A DNA stretch of 63,084 nucleotides, filler included, from Octopus bimaculoides (GCF_001194135.2; 4 parts of 4 records of this genome joined end to end with filler, not necessarily neighbours in it); one strand, 5' to 3'. Positions 47,030-59,034 are shown, numbered from the whole stretch's first letter. Numbers and translations: made by a program. Notes: generated by a model not told the origin, from the letters alone.

Positions 47030-49000
47030 TATTTCTAAAGCTGGATTTCATATCAGTTTCCAAACTGAATTTGGACATCAGATATGAGCAGGAGTTTGTC
47101 TTTTCTAAAATACATTTTGAGGTCTTCTATATATAAAAGATGGTTTGATTATTGCTCCATAGCACTCTTATCCAACTCTAGTTTGGTTCAGAATTTTGTT
47201 CAAAATGTCAGCAGAGAGATGGAGAAAAGGAATCTCCTTGGAATACTCTTCTTTTTGAATTCTTTTGCTTGGACCTGTTACAACTGTCTTCCATTTACGG
47301 TAAACATTTATATGCTGACGGTGCTGCTGGCACTCTGTCAGTTACAATGACAAGTGTTCCAGTTGATTCAATCAATGGATCAGCCAGCTCATGGAATTAA
47401 TGAACAAGTGGCTGAGTACTCCACAAACATGCATACCCTTAACATAATTCTCAGGAAGTTTCAACGTGATACAGAATGTGATAAGGCTAGCCCTTTGAAC
47501 TACTGGTACAATGCATTTTCGCCAGCTGAGTGGACTGGTGCAATGTGAAATAAAGTGTCTGGTTCAATGACACAACACACCGCTGGATATCGAACTCACA
47601 ACCTTATGATTGTAAGCTGAATTCTCTGACTGCTAAGTCATGTACCTTGATGGGTGCTGATGTACTCTGCCTCTGAATGTAGGAGTCAACGTCTCATCAG
47701 GCAGTGAAGCAATTTTGTAGGCATTTCAGCCTCTTCCACCACAACATCAAAGCTGCCTGGGACCACCAACTAATGTAGGCAACAAAACCACACAAAAGCA
47801 AAAGCTTTGTTGAGTTAGATGTTGCAAAACTGGACCAGATTGTTTTAATGTTCCTGTTTGCTATTGGTACTACTTTACTTTTGTTTGCATGTTTCCAGGA
47901 TCCACAAATGAGAACTCTATCAAAAGCCTTTTGGTAAAATTTCACACCATGGTCAAACCTTTTCTTCAGCTAAAGCTTTATTAATCAATGACTGTTCTTT
48001 ACAAATCATTTAAGCTTTTACAACCTTTCTGGTCTTCTAGAAACATGTTGCTTTTTGACAGGGGAACATTTACTTCTTGTAATAGGATTGATGTAAAGGT
48101 TTTATATACAGCAATGAAGTTAGTTCTGTCAGCATTATCATCATCACTATTTTACAGATGTTTTTCTATGCTGGCATGGATTGGAAGGTCTTTTCTAGAA
48201 CAGTGTCTTGTCACTTGACATGTGTCATCTCCTTTACATCCTGAGATCATCTTTTACAACTTCTTCCCACACTTTGATCATTCTTCTTCCTCCCACTTGG
48301 ATTACTTAATATTTCTTCTCATAATTTCTACCTCCTATGAACAGAGCAGGATTGCTAGGGTACAAAGAAAGTATGAACTACTCAAGCCCAGAGTCAACTC
48401 CGTCTTCAATCCCAACAAACCACCAGTGCCCCACCTGCAGCAGAGCATTCACAGCACACATCAGACTGATTCATCATAGCCAGACACACCATGTCCCGTA
48501 TGTACTGTCATTAGTCATCACTGACAACAACAGATGAACTAATTAATTATCTTCCATATTAAGCAATCTTCTCTCCTGCAAACTATTCTCAATTCCTCCA
48601 ATGTGGATTTTTCATTTTCAGGTGACCTGTATTCTTTTGTTTAGATATGCTGTCATGAGGTGTGATGATTCTACAGTACCAGGGATTAAGATTTTTAATT
48701 TTTCCCCCCTTGTTTGGAGAGCCTTTATGTGTTGTTTCCAGATGTTTCCACAAATCATTGATTATCATTTCAATTACTTGTAGACACTGGTTTGATATTT
48801 TAGTCAGAGGTTAGATGCTTTTATAGAATCTGAGTTCCAGCAGATTATTTGTATCTTGTAGTATTTAGGTCACTTTTTGTGTTGTTATTTATCCCCTGGT
48901 GCTGAACTTTTAGCAGTATTCTTGACCATTGTGATGCATCTGTTCTCTATACTTCTTCCACAAAGTCTTTTACTTGTCTTGGAGATGACACTGCATTGAT
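47030..49000 (-). mobile_element. Heavily decayed R4/Dong-like non-LTR RT fragment, interrupted by a SINE
   Basis: Minus-strand motifs YKTFTSIL, DQKGCK, YQKAFDRV, VFQGDSFSP, NHLLYIEDLKMY; boundaries approximate. Confidence 0.7.
47345..47645 (-). mobile_element. tRNA-derived SINE (family C-like head)
   Basis: CAGCTGAGTGGACTGGTGCAATGTGAAATAAAGTGTC...ATCGAACTC matches the reverse complement of 28790-28880. Confidence 0.75.
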
Positions 49001-49569
49001 TTCTTCTTTGCTTTTACCTAATTCTTGGTAAAATCATTTGTTATTGAACACAAACATTTTCTTTTTTTTTTCTTTGTTCAAGAAACCATTGCCAATTTTC
49101 ATAATTGTAATTCAGCAAAGAACTCTTATCTTCAGCATTCTTTGATTTTATTCATTTATTTATATTTTCTTATTTGTATCTTTTTTTTTCATTTGTGTGG
49201 TTTTCTTGTCAATCTCATCAACAATTGATAGATCTTTTCTTTTATTGTGTATATTTGAGTCTTTCTGTCTAGAAGTATGTATACAACATGGTTGGAGGTG
49301 ATAGCCACTTTTCTTTGTGACTACTGTGACCACTATAGTGAATTATCCAGTTAATATTAATGTTCACATCTTATTCTAGAATGACCCAGATTGTGTTCCT
49401 TTCTTTCAGCTGATGATACTGTTTTATTGTTTTTCTTATCTTTGGGAAGATTTTTTCTTGGTTCACAGAAAGATTTTCTCCCAATACATCTATTGTCATT
49501 TATCATGAGGATTTGGTTCCACAAAAACAGTGATAAATGAATCAGTGATAATGAATCATCTCCATGAAC

Positions 49570-49686
49570 TTTGTAAATGGAATGAATAGTATAATCATGG
49601 ATACCAGACTCTTGGCCCATAGCGGTGAAGCTATGACCATCATGTATTTTCTTGATAATCTCAACCATTTCTTGTAGAGAATACAT
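49570..49686 (-). pseudogene. Possible pogo/Tigger-type transposase N-terminal HTH remnant
   Basis: EMVEIIKKIHDGHSFTAMGQESGIHDYTIHSIYK resembles the psq/CENP-B HTH pattern; no TIRs or DDE domain seen. Confidence 0.4.
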
Positions 49687-49940
49687 TCATCTGTATCATT
49701 TGTATTTTTTCTGTTTACTAGTCCCGAGTTGATGGGTACAAGTACATAAATCCATATAAAAGATATGATGCTCCTTAGTACAGTAGTGTAAACACATGAT
49801 AATCAGTGTATTTTGAGTAGCAGAGCATTGTAGATGCAACAGAATCATTAACTAACTACCAGACCAATGTTATCACAGATCATTCCATGATAAGCAGAAC
49901 ATGGTTCACAGTTGAGTGTATCATGTCTCAAATCAGTAAT

Positions 49941-50265
49941 AGATGCAGGTGTGGATGTGTGGTAAGAAGTTTGCCTCTGAACCACATGGTTTCAGGTTCA
50001 GTCCCACTGCATGGCCCCTTGGGAAAATGTCTTCTACTCTAGCTTTGGGCTGACCAAAACCTAGTGGATTTGGTAGACAGAAACTGAAAAAGCCTGGCAA
50101 TGTATACGCATGTATGTATGTATGTATGTATGTATGTATGTATGTATGTATGTATGTATGTATGTATGTGTACGTGTGTGTCTTTGTGTCTGTGTTTGTC
50201 CCCTACCACTGCTTGACAATTGGTGCTGTTGTGTTTACATTCCATAACTTAGTGGTTCAGCAAAA
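49941..50265 (+). mobile_element. SINE family A, 3'-truncated and fused to SINE-B
   Basis: Head, (TATG)n and body to TTAGTGGTTCAGCAAAA, then a switch to SINE-B sequence. Confidence 0.8.
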
Positions 50266-50930
50266 TACTTAGTGGTATTTCTTCTGGTTTTACATTCTGG
50301 GTTCAAATTCTGCTAGGGTTCACATGGCCTTTCATCCTTTTTTGGAGATGATAAAATAAATACTAATTCAACATTGGTGGTGACGTAATTGACTAGCCAA
50401 CTCCCAGTCCAAAATATTTCAGGCCTTGTGCTTTTAGTAGAATGAATTATTGTTATTGTTATGGCAGTAGATTAAGGAGGCAAACTAACAGAATCCTTAG
50501 CATGCCAGGCAAAATACATACCAGCATTCTGGCCATTGACATTTTGAGTTTAAATTCAACCAAGGTCAACTTTGCCTTTCATGCTTTTGGGTTTGCTGAA
50601 ATAAGCACCAGTTGAGTGTCAATGTAAGCGACTAGCCCCCTCCTGCAAAATTTTTGGCCCTGTACCTATAGCAGAAAGAATTATTGTTATTGTTATGGCA
50701 GTAGATTAAGGAGACAAGCTGACAAAATCATTAGCAATGCCAAGCAAAATACTTAGCAGCATTTCAGCCATCTTTACATTCTGAGTTCAAATTCTGCCAA
50801 GATCAAATTTGCTTTTCATACTTTTGCGGTCAAGGAAGTAAGTACAAGTTGAGTACCACTGCCAATGTCAGTAACTAGCCCCCTCCCATAAAATTTCAGG
50901 CCTTGTGCCTATAACAGAAGGGATTATTAT
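50266..50930 (+). mobile_element. Three tandem diverged SINE family B copies
   Basis: Period about 235 bp; spacer GAATTATTGTTATTGTTATGGCAGTAGATTAAGGA occurs twice. Confidence 0.8.
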
Positions 50931-50934
50931 GACT

Positions 50935-51070
50935 TCTTTCAGTTCCTGTCTATCAAATTCATTCACAAAATTTTGGTTAGCCTGGATCCATAGTAGAAAG
51001 CACTTGCCAAAGATTTCATGTAGTGGGACTGAACCCCAAACCACGTTATGAGGAAACAAACTTCTTAACC
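50935..51070 (-). mobile_element. SINE family A head
   Basis: AGTGGGACTGAACCCC...CTTCTTAACCA. Confidence 0.7.
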
Positions 51071-51117
51071 ATGCATGCATGTGTGTATGTGTGCATACAT
51101 ACATACATACATACATA

Positions 51118-51440
51118 CAGGTAAAGGCCTCTTTGGTCATGAATGAACATGGGATTGCCTCTAGAAAGTTCCCCTCCAAGGCACAAGTCTGGGCAAGGTT
51201 GTTTATGGAAGACCAGCAATCACTCATGCATACCAACCTCCCCTCTCCACGCCACCGATGTTATTCAAGGGCTGATATAATTTGGCACCAGTGACATCGC
51301 AACTCATTTCTACAGTTGAGTGAACTGGAGCAATGTCAAATAAAATGTCTTGCTCAAGAACACAACACACAGCCCAGTCCGGGAATCGAACTCACTACCA
51401 CATGATTGTGAGCCTGACACTCTAACCACTGAGCCATACA
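51118..51440 (-). mobile_element. tRNA-derived SINE (family C head) with LINE-like tail
   Basis: GGGAATCGAACTC (B box, reverse strand), CTAACCACTGAGCCA (A box, reverse strand), GAACTGGAGCAATG..AAATAAAATGTCTTGCTCAAG core. Confidence 0.8.
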
Positions 51441-51552
51441 TATATTTGTGTGCGCGTGCGTGTAAGTTTTCTTAGAGTCCATTAGTCAGGAAAGAATGCA
51501 CTCACATATCTATCAATAGAGTATGTGTATTATCTGAAGTGTATAGTATTAT

Positions 51553-51870
51553 ATATCCAGTTCTATATCTAAGAAATGAGGAATTATATACATTATTTAC
51601 ATTTGACGGATATAAACCCACGGGCATATGGCATAGGGGTTAAGAGCGTGGGCTACTAACTCCAAGATTCCGAGTTCGATTCCAGGCAGTGACCTGAATT
51701 ATAATAATAATAACAACAACATCGAAAAATACCTTAGGAATGAGAACCCAGGTTCGAAATTTTCCCAAGACATCTGATGAAGGCTGGAGGGTATATCAGC
51801 CGAAACTTTGTGTTAACAACAAACGAGATGAGAACAAATATCCGTCAAATGTAAATAATGTAAATAATAT
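51553..51870 (+). mobile_element. Composite repeat: inverted tail copy, tRNA-like head, (AAT)n, hammerhead-bearing Penelope-like terminal repeat
   Basis: Perfect 25-bp inverted repeat at 51589-51613 and 51838-51862; B box GAGTTCGATTCC near 51672; hammerhead at 51769-51814; related partial copies at 18247-18447 and 17238-17275. Confidence 0.75.
51769..51814 (+). ncRNA. Minimal type I hammerhead ribozyme motif
   Basis: Stem I GACAT/GTGTT; core CTGATGA plus an extra A; stem II GGCTG/CAGCC; GAAA; rudimentary stem III (GAAACTTT). Activity untested. Confidence 0.7.
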
Positions 51871-52074
51871 TATATATCTGTTACAGCCAATCTTACCAAT
51901 CGGTTTCCTACTAAGGGGATTCAGTCACCATATTTCATTCCGTAACGGCTACCTCTGATGAGCACAGAATTACATAATCAGATTGTTACCTAACACTCCT
52001 CCATTGAATACCTAGTGCAAAACTGATTGGTAAGATCAGCCGTAATGGACATAAATACTGTACACTTTGGATAG

Positions 52075-52240
52075 CACCATTACACTCTCTGAGTGGTTGG
52101 CATTAGGAAGGGCATCCAGCTGTAGAAACTGTCAGATAAGATTGGAGCCTGGTGCAGCCATCTGGTTCACCAGTCCCCAGTGAAATCGTCCAACCCATGC
52201 TAGCATGGAAAGCAGACATTAAACGATGATGATGATGATA
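52075..52240 (+). mobile_element. RTE 3' tail
   Basis: Conserved 3' end plus (GAT)n. Confidence 0.85.
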
Positions 52241-52242
52241 TA

Positions 52243-52353
<111 letters not shown>

Positions 52354-52870
52354 ATAAACCATAGCTGTTACTTGTGAATGAGTATGACTTGACAGCATGT
52401 ATCATTCTTTCAATAATTGTTTTTAAGTGCCTTTTTAGATACCTGCTGAAGTATGCACCCACTCAGTTTCCCACCTATGACACTGTGGCACATCTAGAGT
52501 ATGACTGCTGGAGGGAGATGAAAGATCCCTGCCAACACCAAACAGGTAATCATTTTCAACTGAGAACTGAACAGGCTGGAGCAATGTGAAATGAAGGAGA
52601 AGCACATGCAACCCATCCCAGAAACCCAAATTACTACTTCCTGATGCGAGAACACCCTAATTACTGAACTTGTTTGAATGGCTAAGTTCACTTTTCAACT
52701 TTGAGGTCTTGAGTTCAATCTTACCATCTGGCATCTTAGGAAAATGCTCCTTTTCTGCAACCTCTGGCCAACCCATACTTGTGAGTGAGTAAAATTGGTT
52801 GGCTTGCACCTGTGATTGAAAGGTACACCTTGTCAAACCCTATGTCATGTTGATTCTTATGTTAAGGGTA

Positions 52871-53292
52871 TGTAGGGAAGTGGTTATACACCATTAGGTG
52901 TACACCGCTTCCGTACATTAAATTTCTAGAAGAAACAACGGAACGCAGATTCTGAACAACATAACAATATTTATTTACAGTGGAATTCAGTTCACGCTTG
53001 GAGGGAATTCGGTAGCTCGTCGCCCTCGGTTACTGAGACGCCTCCTGAATGATTTCCATGGTTATTTGTGAAGCTCTGGTGCTGACATGTGAGAGAGCTC
53101 TGTTGGACGTCTTGGCTCGACGGAGATCAGTCAACGAAGAGACTGAGAAAAGGCACCAAAGCTGGGTGTCGAACTCTACGCATGCGCATGAGACTCTTCC
53201 TGTATTCCTTCCGGAACTAGTCCCTGCACATGCGTGGATAAAACTCCGGACATTGAACATATAACAGTCGTCTGCTATAAGATGTCACTACA
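52871..53292 (-). mobile_element. Solo LTR (422 bp) with 4-bp TSD
   Basis: TGTAG...CTACA termini; GGTA at 52867-52870 and 53293-53296; first ~110 bp similar to the LTRs at 26179 and 27815 (orientation assigned from that homology). Confidence 0.88.
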
Positions 53293-53299
53293 GGTACAC

Positions 53300-53575
53300 A
53301 TGTTAGATGGAAATTTAAAGAAGCCCATCGTGTGTGTGTGTGTGTATGTGTGTGTGTGCATCCATATCTTTGTTTATCCCCCCTCCCATCACTGCTTGAC
53401 AATTGTTGCTGATGTGTTTATGTCCCTGTAACTTAGCAGTTTGGCAAAAGAGACCGATAGAATAAGTACGAGGATTGAAAAAAAAAAAGTAAGTATTGGA
53501 GTCAATTCCTTTGGCTAAAAATTCTTCAAAGCGGTGCCCCAGCATAGTTGTAGTCGAATGACTGAAACAAATAAA
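53300..53575 (+). mobile_element. SINE family A 3' part
   Basis: CTGTAACTTAGCAGTTTGGCAAAAGAGACCGATAGAATAAGTAC...GACTGAAACAAAT. Confidence 0.8.
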
Positions 53576-53899
53576 AATGTCTGTGAAATGCTCAACTGCT
53601 TACATGTTAATTCAATGAATAGGAACTGAGTTGATCAAACAACTGAATCCTCCTCATCCAAACCAAAGCAGAAACCTGTTTCTCTCTTTTATATAACTGA
53701 AGAACGATGTTGTTGGTGTCACACTTATTCCGCCGTTTGAAACTGTTTTATCAACATATGGGTGACGAATCATAACATGCATGTTATATGATTTGTCAAC
53801 CATGTTACTGAAACAATTGTAACCCGTAGAATAAATGTAATAACAATGTACTCCATTATTTCCTTATTTATGTTCTGCAACTGAAGATATCGTCGTTGT

Positions 53900-54318
53900 C
53901 GCCACTGTCACTTAATGTCCGCTTTCCCTGTTAACATCGGTTGGACGGCTTGACAGGAGCTGGCAACCCCAGAGGCCACAAGTTCCATAGTCTGTTTCTC
54001 GCTTGCTTTCTACAGTTGGGTGCCTTTCTCAACGCCAACCACTCTACAGTTTACTGGGTGCTTTTAACGTAGCACCCACAGGTACTGTTTACGTGGCACC
54101 AGCACCAATGCTTTTTACACGGTACCAACCTTCTGCATTTTCAGTTTGTGTGAAACTGGTGTTTCCACTGGACATTCCGCTCACCCATTCATATACTATC
54201 CACCCATAGAAACCATGCCAAAGCATACATTGGAGCTCAGTATAGTCCTCTGGCTCGTCGCTACGTGTCAAACCGTCCAACCCATGCCAGCATGGAAAAT
54301 GAATGTTAATCGATGATG
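53900..54318 (-). mobile_element. RTE-type tail repeat(s)
   Basis: GGTTGGACGGCTTGACAGG...GCCAACCACT...CCAACCCATGCCAGCATGGAAA; may be two opposed pieces. Confidence 0.6.
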
Positions 54319-55562
54319 ATAATATATAAACTACGGAGCATTGTCACAGTTCCGGGGTACGAAAATCATACCATAATATTCGCATATCTAAAGCAACGAC
54401 TCTCAAACGGTGCGTCACAAAGGTGTTATCTTGATGCACTGAGAGTTTTGCAAAGATATCGTGTAATGCTTTTAAAAATCCGCGCTAATGAATGAACACC
54501 TTGTAAAAAAACGTGCTATTCATAAGATTATCATATACACCTTTCATCAATAAAACAAAGAAAGTAGACGTGTTGTTATATATTTTTCTGAATTTTTAAC
54601 TTTAAACATAGTTGCATGCTTTGAGCTTCAAATGCAAAGTGAGTCACTAAATCTTTGTTTGATCTCAGATGTGTCACGAAATGAAAAAGATGAAGATTTG
54701 ATCTAGAAGGGAGATAGTTATCGAGTGATCTTTCAAAGTTATCTCCCCTTCAATTCTTAAAAAAAAAAATCAAGTCAGTAAATGTTGTTGAGCCTTCAAG
54801 CGAGCCCTGATTAAAAAGAGCAATAGGTATTCCACTCATGACCATTACATCTGTTTGTATATCCAGAAAACTTGATTGTATCCATTATCCAATGTATCAT
54901 TTCTGAGATACAGTGAGGGAGATTTGGTTGCTATTTCTAGGAAGTCAAAAGACTACGTAGAGATTCTTCTTATCAATAAAAGCGTCGTTAACTTCATAAC
55001 ATACGTTTTCAATTTTAATTTTAAATTTTAAGTGTCCAGTGGCGAGTGGTGTTTGGTGTTGTGCACAAAGAGTAGTAGATTTGTAAACTTGTCAGCTGCA
55101 TATCTACAGGCGTGGACAGGAGCCCTGATCTGTAACAACTACACAGCTCACATTTATGGCTTTCAGAAGATTGTGCACACCTGCATACAAAATTCTATAT
55201 ACGTGAATAAATTCTAAACAAAAACACAACCCCAAATTTAATCAATAAAAACTTCTACACAATACCTCTCTACCACAACCCATCCTACAACCTAATTACC
55301 ACTCCACTCAAACCCCCATACCCAAGGAAGATTTTCTCATAACTGAGTTTGTATAAAGCTAAGATAAACTTCAATGCACTGCAGTCCAACATTGGCTTAA
55401 CTGGTTGAAACTTCAAAGTCACTGTCAACAACATTCTTGTTTAAGAATGATAAATTCATACTCTACAAAAGTATAGAGTAACCCATCAGATTAATGTAAA
55501 AATGTTTTCATTACAACTGAACATAAAAACAAATGTTATTTATATATATATATATATATATA

Positions 55563-55650
55563 TAAAATCAAAATAAGCAACAAGGATATTCAAGGTTACT
55601 GCAGTACGATCGTTTCATGCGACTCCATTTATTTAAGCAATGTGAGCATT
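55563..55650. repeat. One-arm copy of the palindromic element at 59371-59506
   Basis: AAATCAAAATAAGCAACAAGGATATTCAAGG..ACTGCAGTACGA resembles its left arm. Confidence 0.6.
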
Positions 55651-55899
55651 ACATTAAATGTAAAATGCAGAGCAATCTTCAGCTGCACAAAGATACAGAA
55701 AATTTACTGAAATTTCATTTCAGTAGAAGGACATATTACTGTTGTAACTACATTTAAACAATCCAAGTGGGAAGGAAGAATACAAAAANNNNNNNNNNNN
55801 NNNNNNNNNNNNNNNNNNNNNNNNNNNNNNNNNNNNNNNNNNNNNNNNNNNNNNNNNNNNNNNNNNNNNNNNNNNNNNNNNTATATATATATATATATT

Positions 55900-56090
55900 T
55901 GATTCAGTTATTAGATTTTGGCCATGCTAGTACTGTCTTCAGGAGTTTTGGTTGAATGAATCAACCCCAGTAATTTTTTTTTTAAGCTGGTCTATTTTGC
56001 TGAACCGCTAAGTTGCAAGTATGTACACAAACCAGCACCAGTTGTTAAGCAGTGGTGGAGAAGACACAGACACAGACACACACAAACAAG
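55900..56090 (-). mobile_element. Old SINE family A 3' part
   Basis: GCCATGCTAG...TTTTGCTGAACCGCTAAG...CACCAGTTGTTAAGC. Confidence 0.65.
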
Positions 56091-56261
56091 GATAAAAATC
56101 ATGTAAATACTAAGAGGCCAAGATGCAGGAGTTAAAATTGGTTTTATAACGTATTTTGGCATATTCTTACAACATGTTGGAGCAAGGTTTTTTCCCTGTT
56201 CCCTTATATAATTATATAATTTAGATATATAATTATTATTTTAGTATATGTATATATGAGA

Positions 56262-56880
56262 GCTCCAACCTCTGCTGGCAACAAAGGGTCTCTCTCTCTC
56301 AGAGAGAAAGGCAGATTGTATGATGCCTGTGTATGAAAAGCTATTCCAGCTATATGGCAGTGAAACATGGGCTGTGACAGCCAAGAACATGCGTAGGCTT
56401 GAAAGAAATGAAGCCAGTCTGCTTCACTGGATGTGCAATGTCAGTGTGCATGTTTGACAGAGTGTAAGCATCTTGAGAAATAAGTTAGCCATAAGAGGAA
56501 TCTGATGTGGTGTGTAAGAGAGATGACTGCGCTGGTATGGTCATGTGGTGTGTATGGACGAGGACAACTATGTAAAGAAGTGCCAATCTCTAACTGTGGA
56601 GAGAACGTGTGGTAGAGGTAGACCCAGAAAGACATGGGACAAGGTGGTGAAGCATGATCTTTGAATTTTGAGCCTCACAGAGGCAATGACTAGTGACTGA
56701 GACCTTTGGTGAAATGCAGTGCTTCAGAGGACCTGTCAAGCCAAGTGAAATCGTAGTCATGGCTGATGCTGGTGTCACATAACTGACACCAGAGAGCACT
56801 TTTCGAGCGTTGGGCCTCCTGAAGGCAAAGTGGCTGAGTTCCTTCCTAGCCTCAGGGAGGCAAAGTGGCTGATGATGATG
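56262..56880 (+). pseudogene. RTE ORF2 C-terminal fragment and start of 3' UTR
   Basis: LYGSETWAV, LERNEAS, LRWYGHVV, GRGRPRKTW, DL. Confidence 0.88.
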
Positions 56881-56899
56881 ATATATATATACATTCAAT

Positions 56900-57030
56900 G
56901 GGCTTCTTTCAGTTTCCATCTACCAAATCCACTCATTAGGCTTTGGATAACTGTAGGCTGTAATAAAAGACATTTACCCAAGGTATCACACTGTGGGACT
57001 GAACCCAGAACCATGTGGTTGGGAAGCTAA
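56900..57030 (-). mobile_element. SINE family A head
   Basis: GGGCTTCTTTCAGTTTCCATCTACCAAATCC...GGGACTGAACCC. Confidence 0.8.
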
Positions 57031-57057
57031 CTTTTTAATTAATGACACAGAATGTAA

Positions 57058-57345
57058 CAGATATGGTTTCAGCCCATGAAAGAGCTTCTGAAGAAGGGAC
57101 TGTGTCCACAACATTTACAAGATCTCCGAGACTGATATTATCAACACAGTCAACATTCCTCTTGAACAGGTGCAGGTATCCAGATGCAGGAAACATGTTC
57201 AGGAAATAAGAATTCCAAAGGACCTGAACTTCTTCGAATAGACAAAAACCTGGGGGAAGTGACAATACTGCTGAAAAAGTATGGTTAGATGTGTCTGGAA
57301 TTGATGTTTGGGGATCCTTTGAGGAAACATACCTGGGGATGGGGG
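57058..57345 (+). pseudogene. Possible CRE-like restriction-like endonuclease remnant
   Basis: RYGFSP, KKG...H..DLRD and NTAEKVWLDVSGIDVWGSFEETYL resemble the recalled RLDVSA.GVW..FE.TFLD pattern; frameshifted. Confidence 0.45.
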
Positions 57346-57494
57346 AAGGAATGGATACAGTGGTTTGTGGTGGAGTCTAAGATCATGGATATAATAGAAG
57401 TCATAAGAGATGAAAACCACTATGATGAAAACCTCTTCCATGACTGATTGTTTGTGATTGTATCTAGCCAATCCACTGAGTGGTAGAAAAAGAA

Positions 57495-57728
57495 AAGCGG
57501 TGAGCTGGCAGAAACGTTAGCACACCGGGCGAAATGATTAGTGGTATTTCGTCTGTCGTTACGTTCTGAGTTCAAATTCCACCGAGGTTGACTATGCCTT
57601 TCATCCTTTCGGGGTCGATTAAATAAGTACCAGTTATGCACTAGGGTTGATGTAATTGACTTAATCCGTTTGTCTGTCCTTGTTGGTCCCCTCTGTGTCT
57701 AGCCCCTTGTGGGCAGTAAAAGAAATAA
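57495..57728 (+). mobile_element. SINE family B (variant tail)
   Basis: GCGGTGAGCTGGCAGAAACG head, GAGTTCAAATTCC, CCTTTCATCCTTTCGGGGTCGAT..TAAGTACCAG core. Confidence 0.88.
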
Positions 57729-58317
57729 GAAATCATAAGAGAACAGGTGGGAGAAATGGGAATGCCTGAGTAAGGCACCAAAAGACCAATCAGTGCCCAA
57801 AACAAGACATACACTGCTTACAGAGATTCAGTCATTTTCCAAACTGTATGGCTTTTGCAATTACAGCAAGATCATTGTCTAAACCACAAAGGATGTCACC
57901 ATGAGTCACATGGCTTTCAAGCTCTTCCACCTTCCAGAGAGATTAGGCAGCTCTCTCTTATAGGTTGACTAACCATGTAAAGAATCATCTGTTCACTTTA
58001 AAACCCATTACTGTTGTACAAACCCAATCCAGCTATTTCTGAGCCACCTTTGACCAAAGACCTTCCAAACATGACCTTCCACTCCTCTAAGGTATTATGT
58101 ATCTGATTACAATATTCATTCACTACTCTCTTTTTTCAAAACATTATGGTTATGATTTGAGAAGATTTTGTTGTTATTTATAGCAAGTCAGGAGACCACA
58201 TAAAAGATCTCTCTTGGGTTGTTTAGTCTCAGATCAGACTTGATCTAGCAGACACAAGAGCAAACATCTTTGAGCCCAGGTACCAAACACTTTCTCACCC
58301 AACATATCAGTGTCATC

Positions 58318-58500
58318 CTTATCATTCAATGTTTGTTTTCCATGCTGGCATGGGTTGGATGATTTGACAGGAGCTGGCCAGCTAGAGAGCTACCTGGGTT
58401 CCATTTTGTCCATTTTGGCATGGTTTCTATGACTGGATGCCCTTCCTAATGCCAACCATTTTACAGAGTGCACTGGGTGCTTTTAACATGGCACCAGTAT
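58318..58500 (-). mobile_element. Old RTE-type 3' tail
   Basis: TTTTCCATGCTGGCATGGGTTGG...GGATGCCCTTCCTAATGCCAACC. Confidence 0.75.
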
Positions 58501-58762
58501 GTCATTCTTATATTTAAGACAGTAGGACAGCAGATTTCTAAAAATAACTGAAGGCTTTGGAAAAGCCTTTCTAATGCTTGAGCATTTAAAAAAATAAATG
58601 TTATTCATAATCTTGTTAAACACAAGCATGAGTATTAAAACAAGATAAGCAATGTTTTATTTTATATCTTTCCAAATCTTTAGCTTTAAGACATTGTTTT
58701 ATTTTTTAATTTTCATGATGCAAAGTGTGCCAGTTTAAAAAAATTTTTTTTCTTTTCACCAG

Positions 58763-58813
58763 GTTTCCAATGATCTTCAAGGTCAAAAGAATCCAAAGTT
58801 ATTAAGGCAGGAT
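58763..58813 (+). CDS. Probable exon start truncated by the assembly join: VSNDLQGQKNPKLLRQD
   Basis: Strong acceptor TTTTTTTTCTTTTCACCAG|G; only the phase-0 frame is open to the gap; phase-compatible with the 20952-21096 exon; no donor visible. Confidence 0.45.
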
Positions 58814-58913
58814 NNNNNNNNNNNNNNNNNNNNNNNNNNNNNNNNNNNNNNNNNNNNTTAATTAATTAANNNNNNNNNNNNNNNNNNNNNNNNNNNNNNN
58901 NNNNNNNNNNNNN
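58814..58913. other. Assembly join spacer N44-TTAATTAATTAA-N44
   Basis: 12-mer at 58858-58869. Confidence 0.95.
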
Positions 58914-59034
58914 ATATATATATGGATCGGCAACAGTTGCTTCACCACATACCGAAATATAGAAATAGCAGTTAAAGTGCTAATATATATATATAACAAA
59001 GTAAACTTGCAAGGTATATATCACACATACAGTC

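Noticed and set aside
51955-51990. Second CTGATGAG hammerhead core
   Set aside because: No matching stem II and GAAA downstream.
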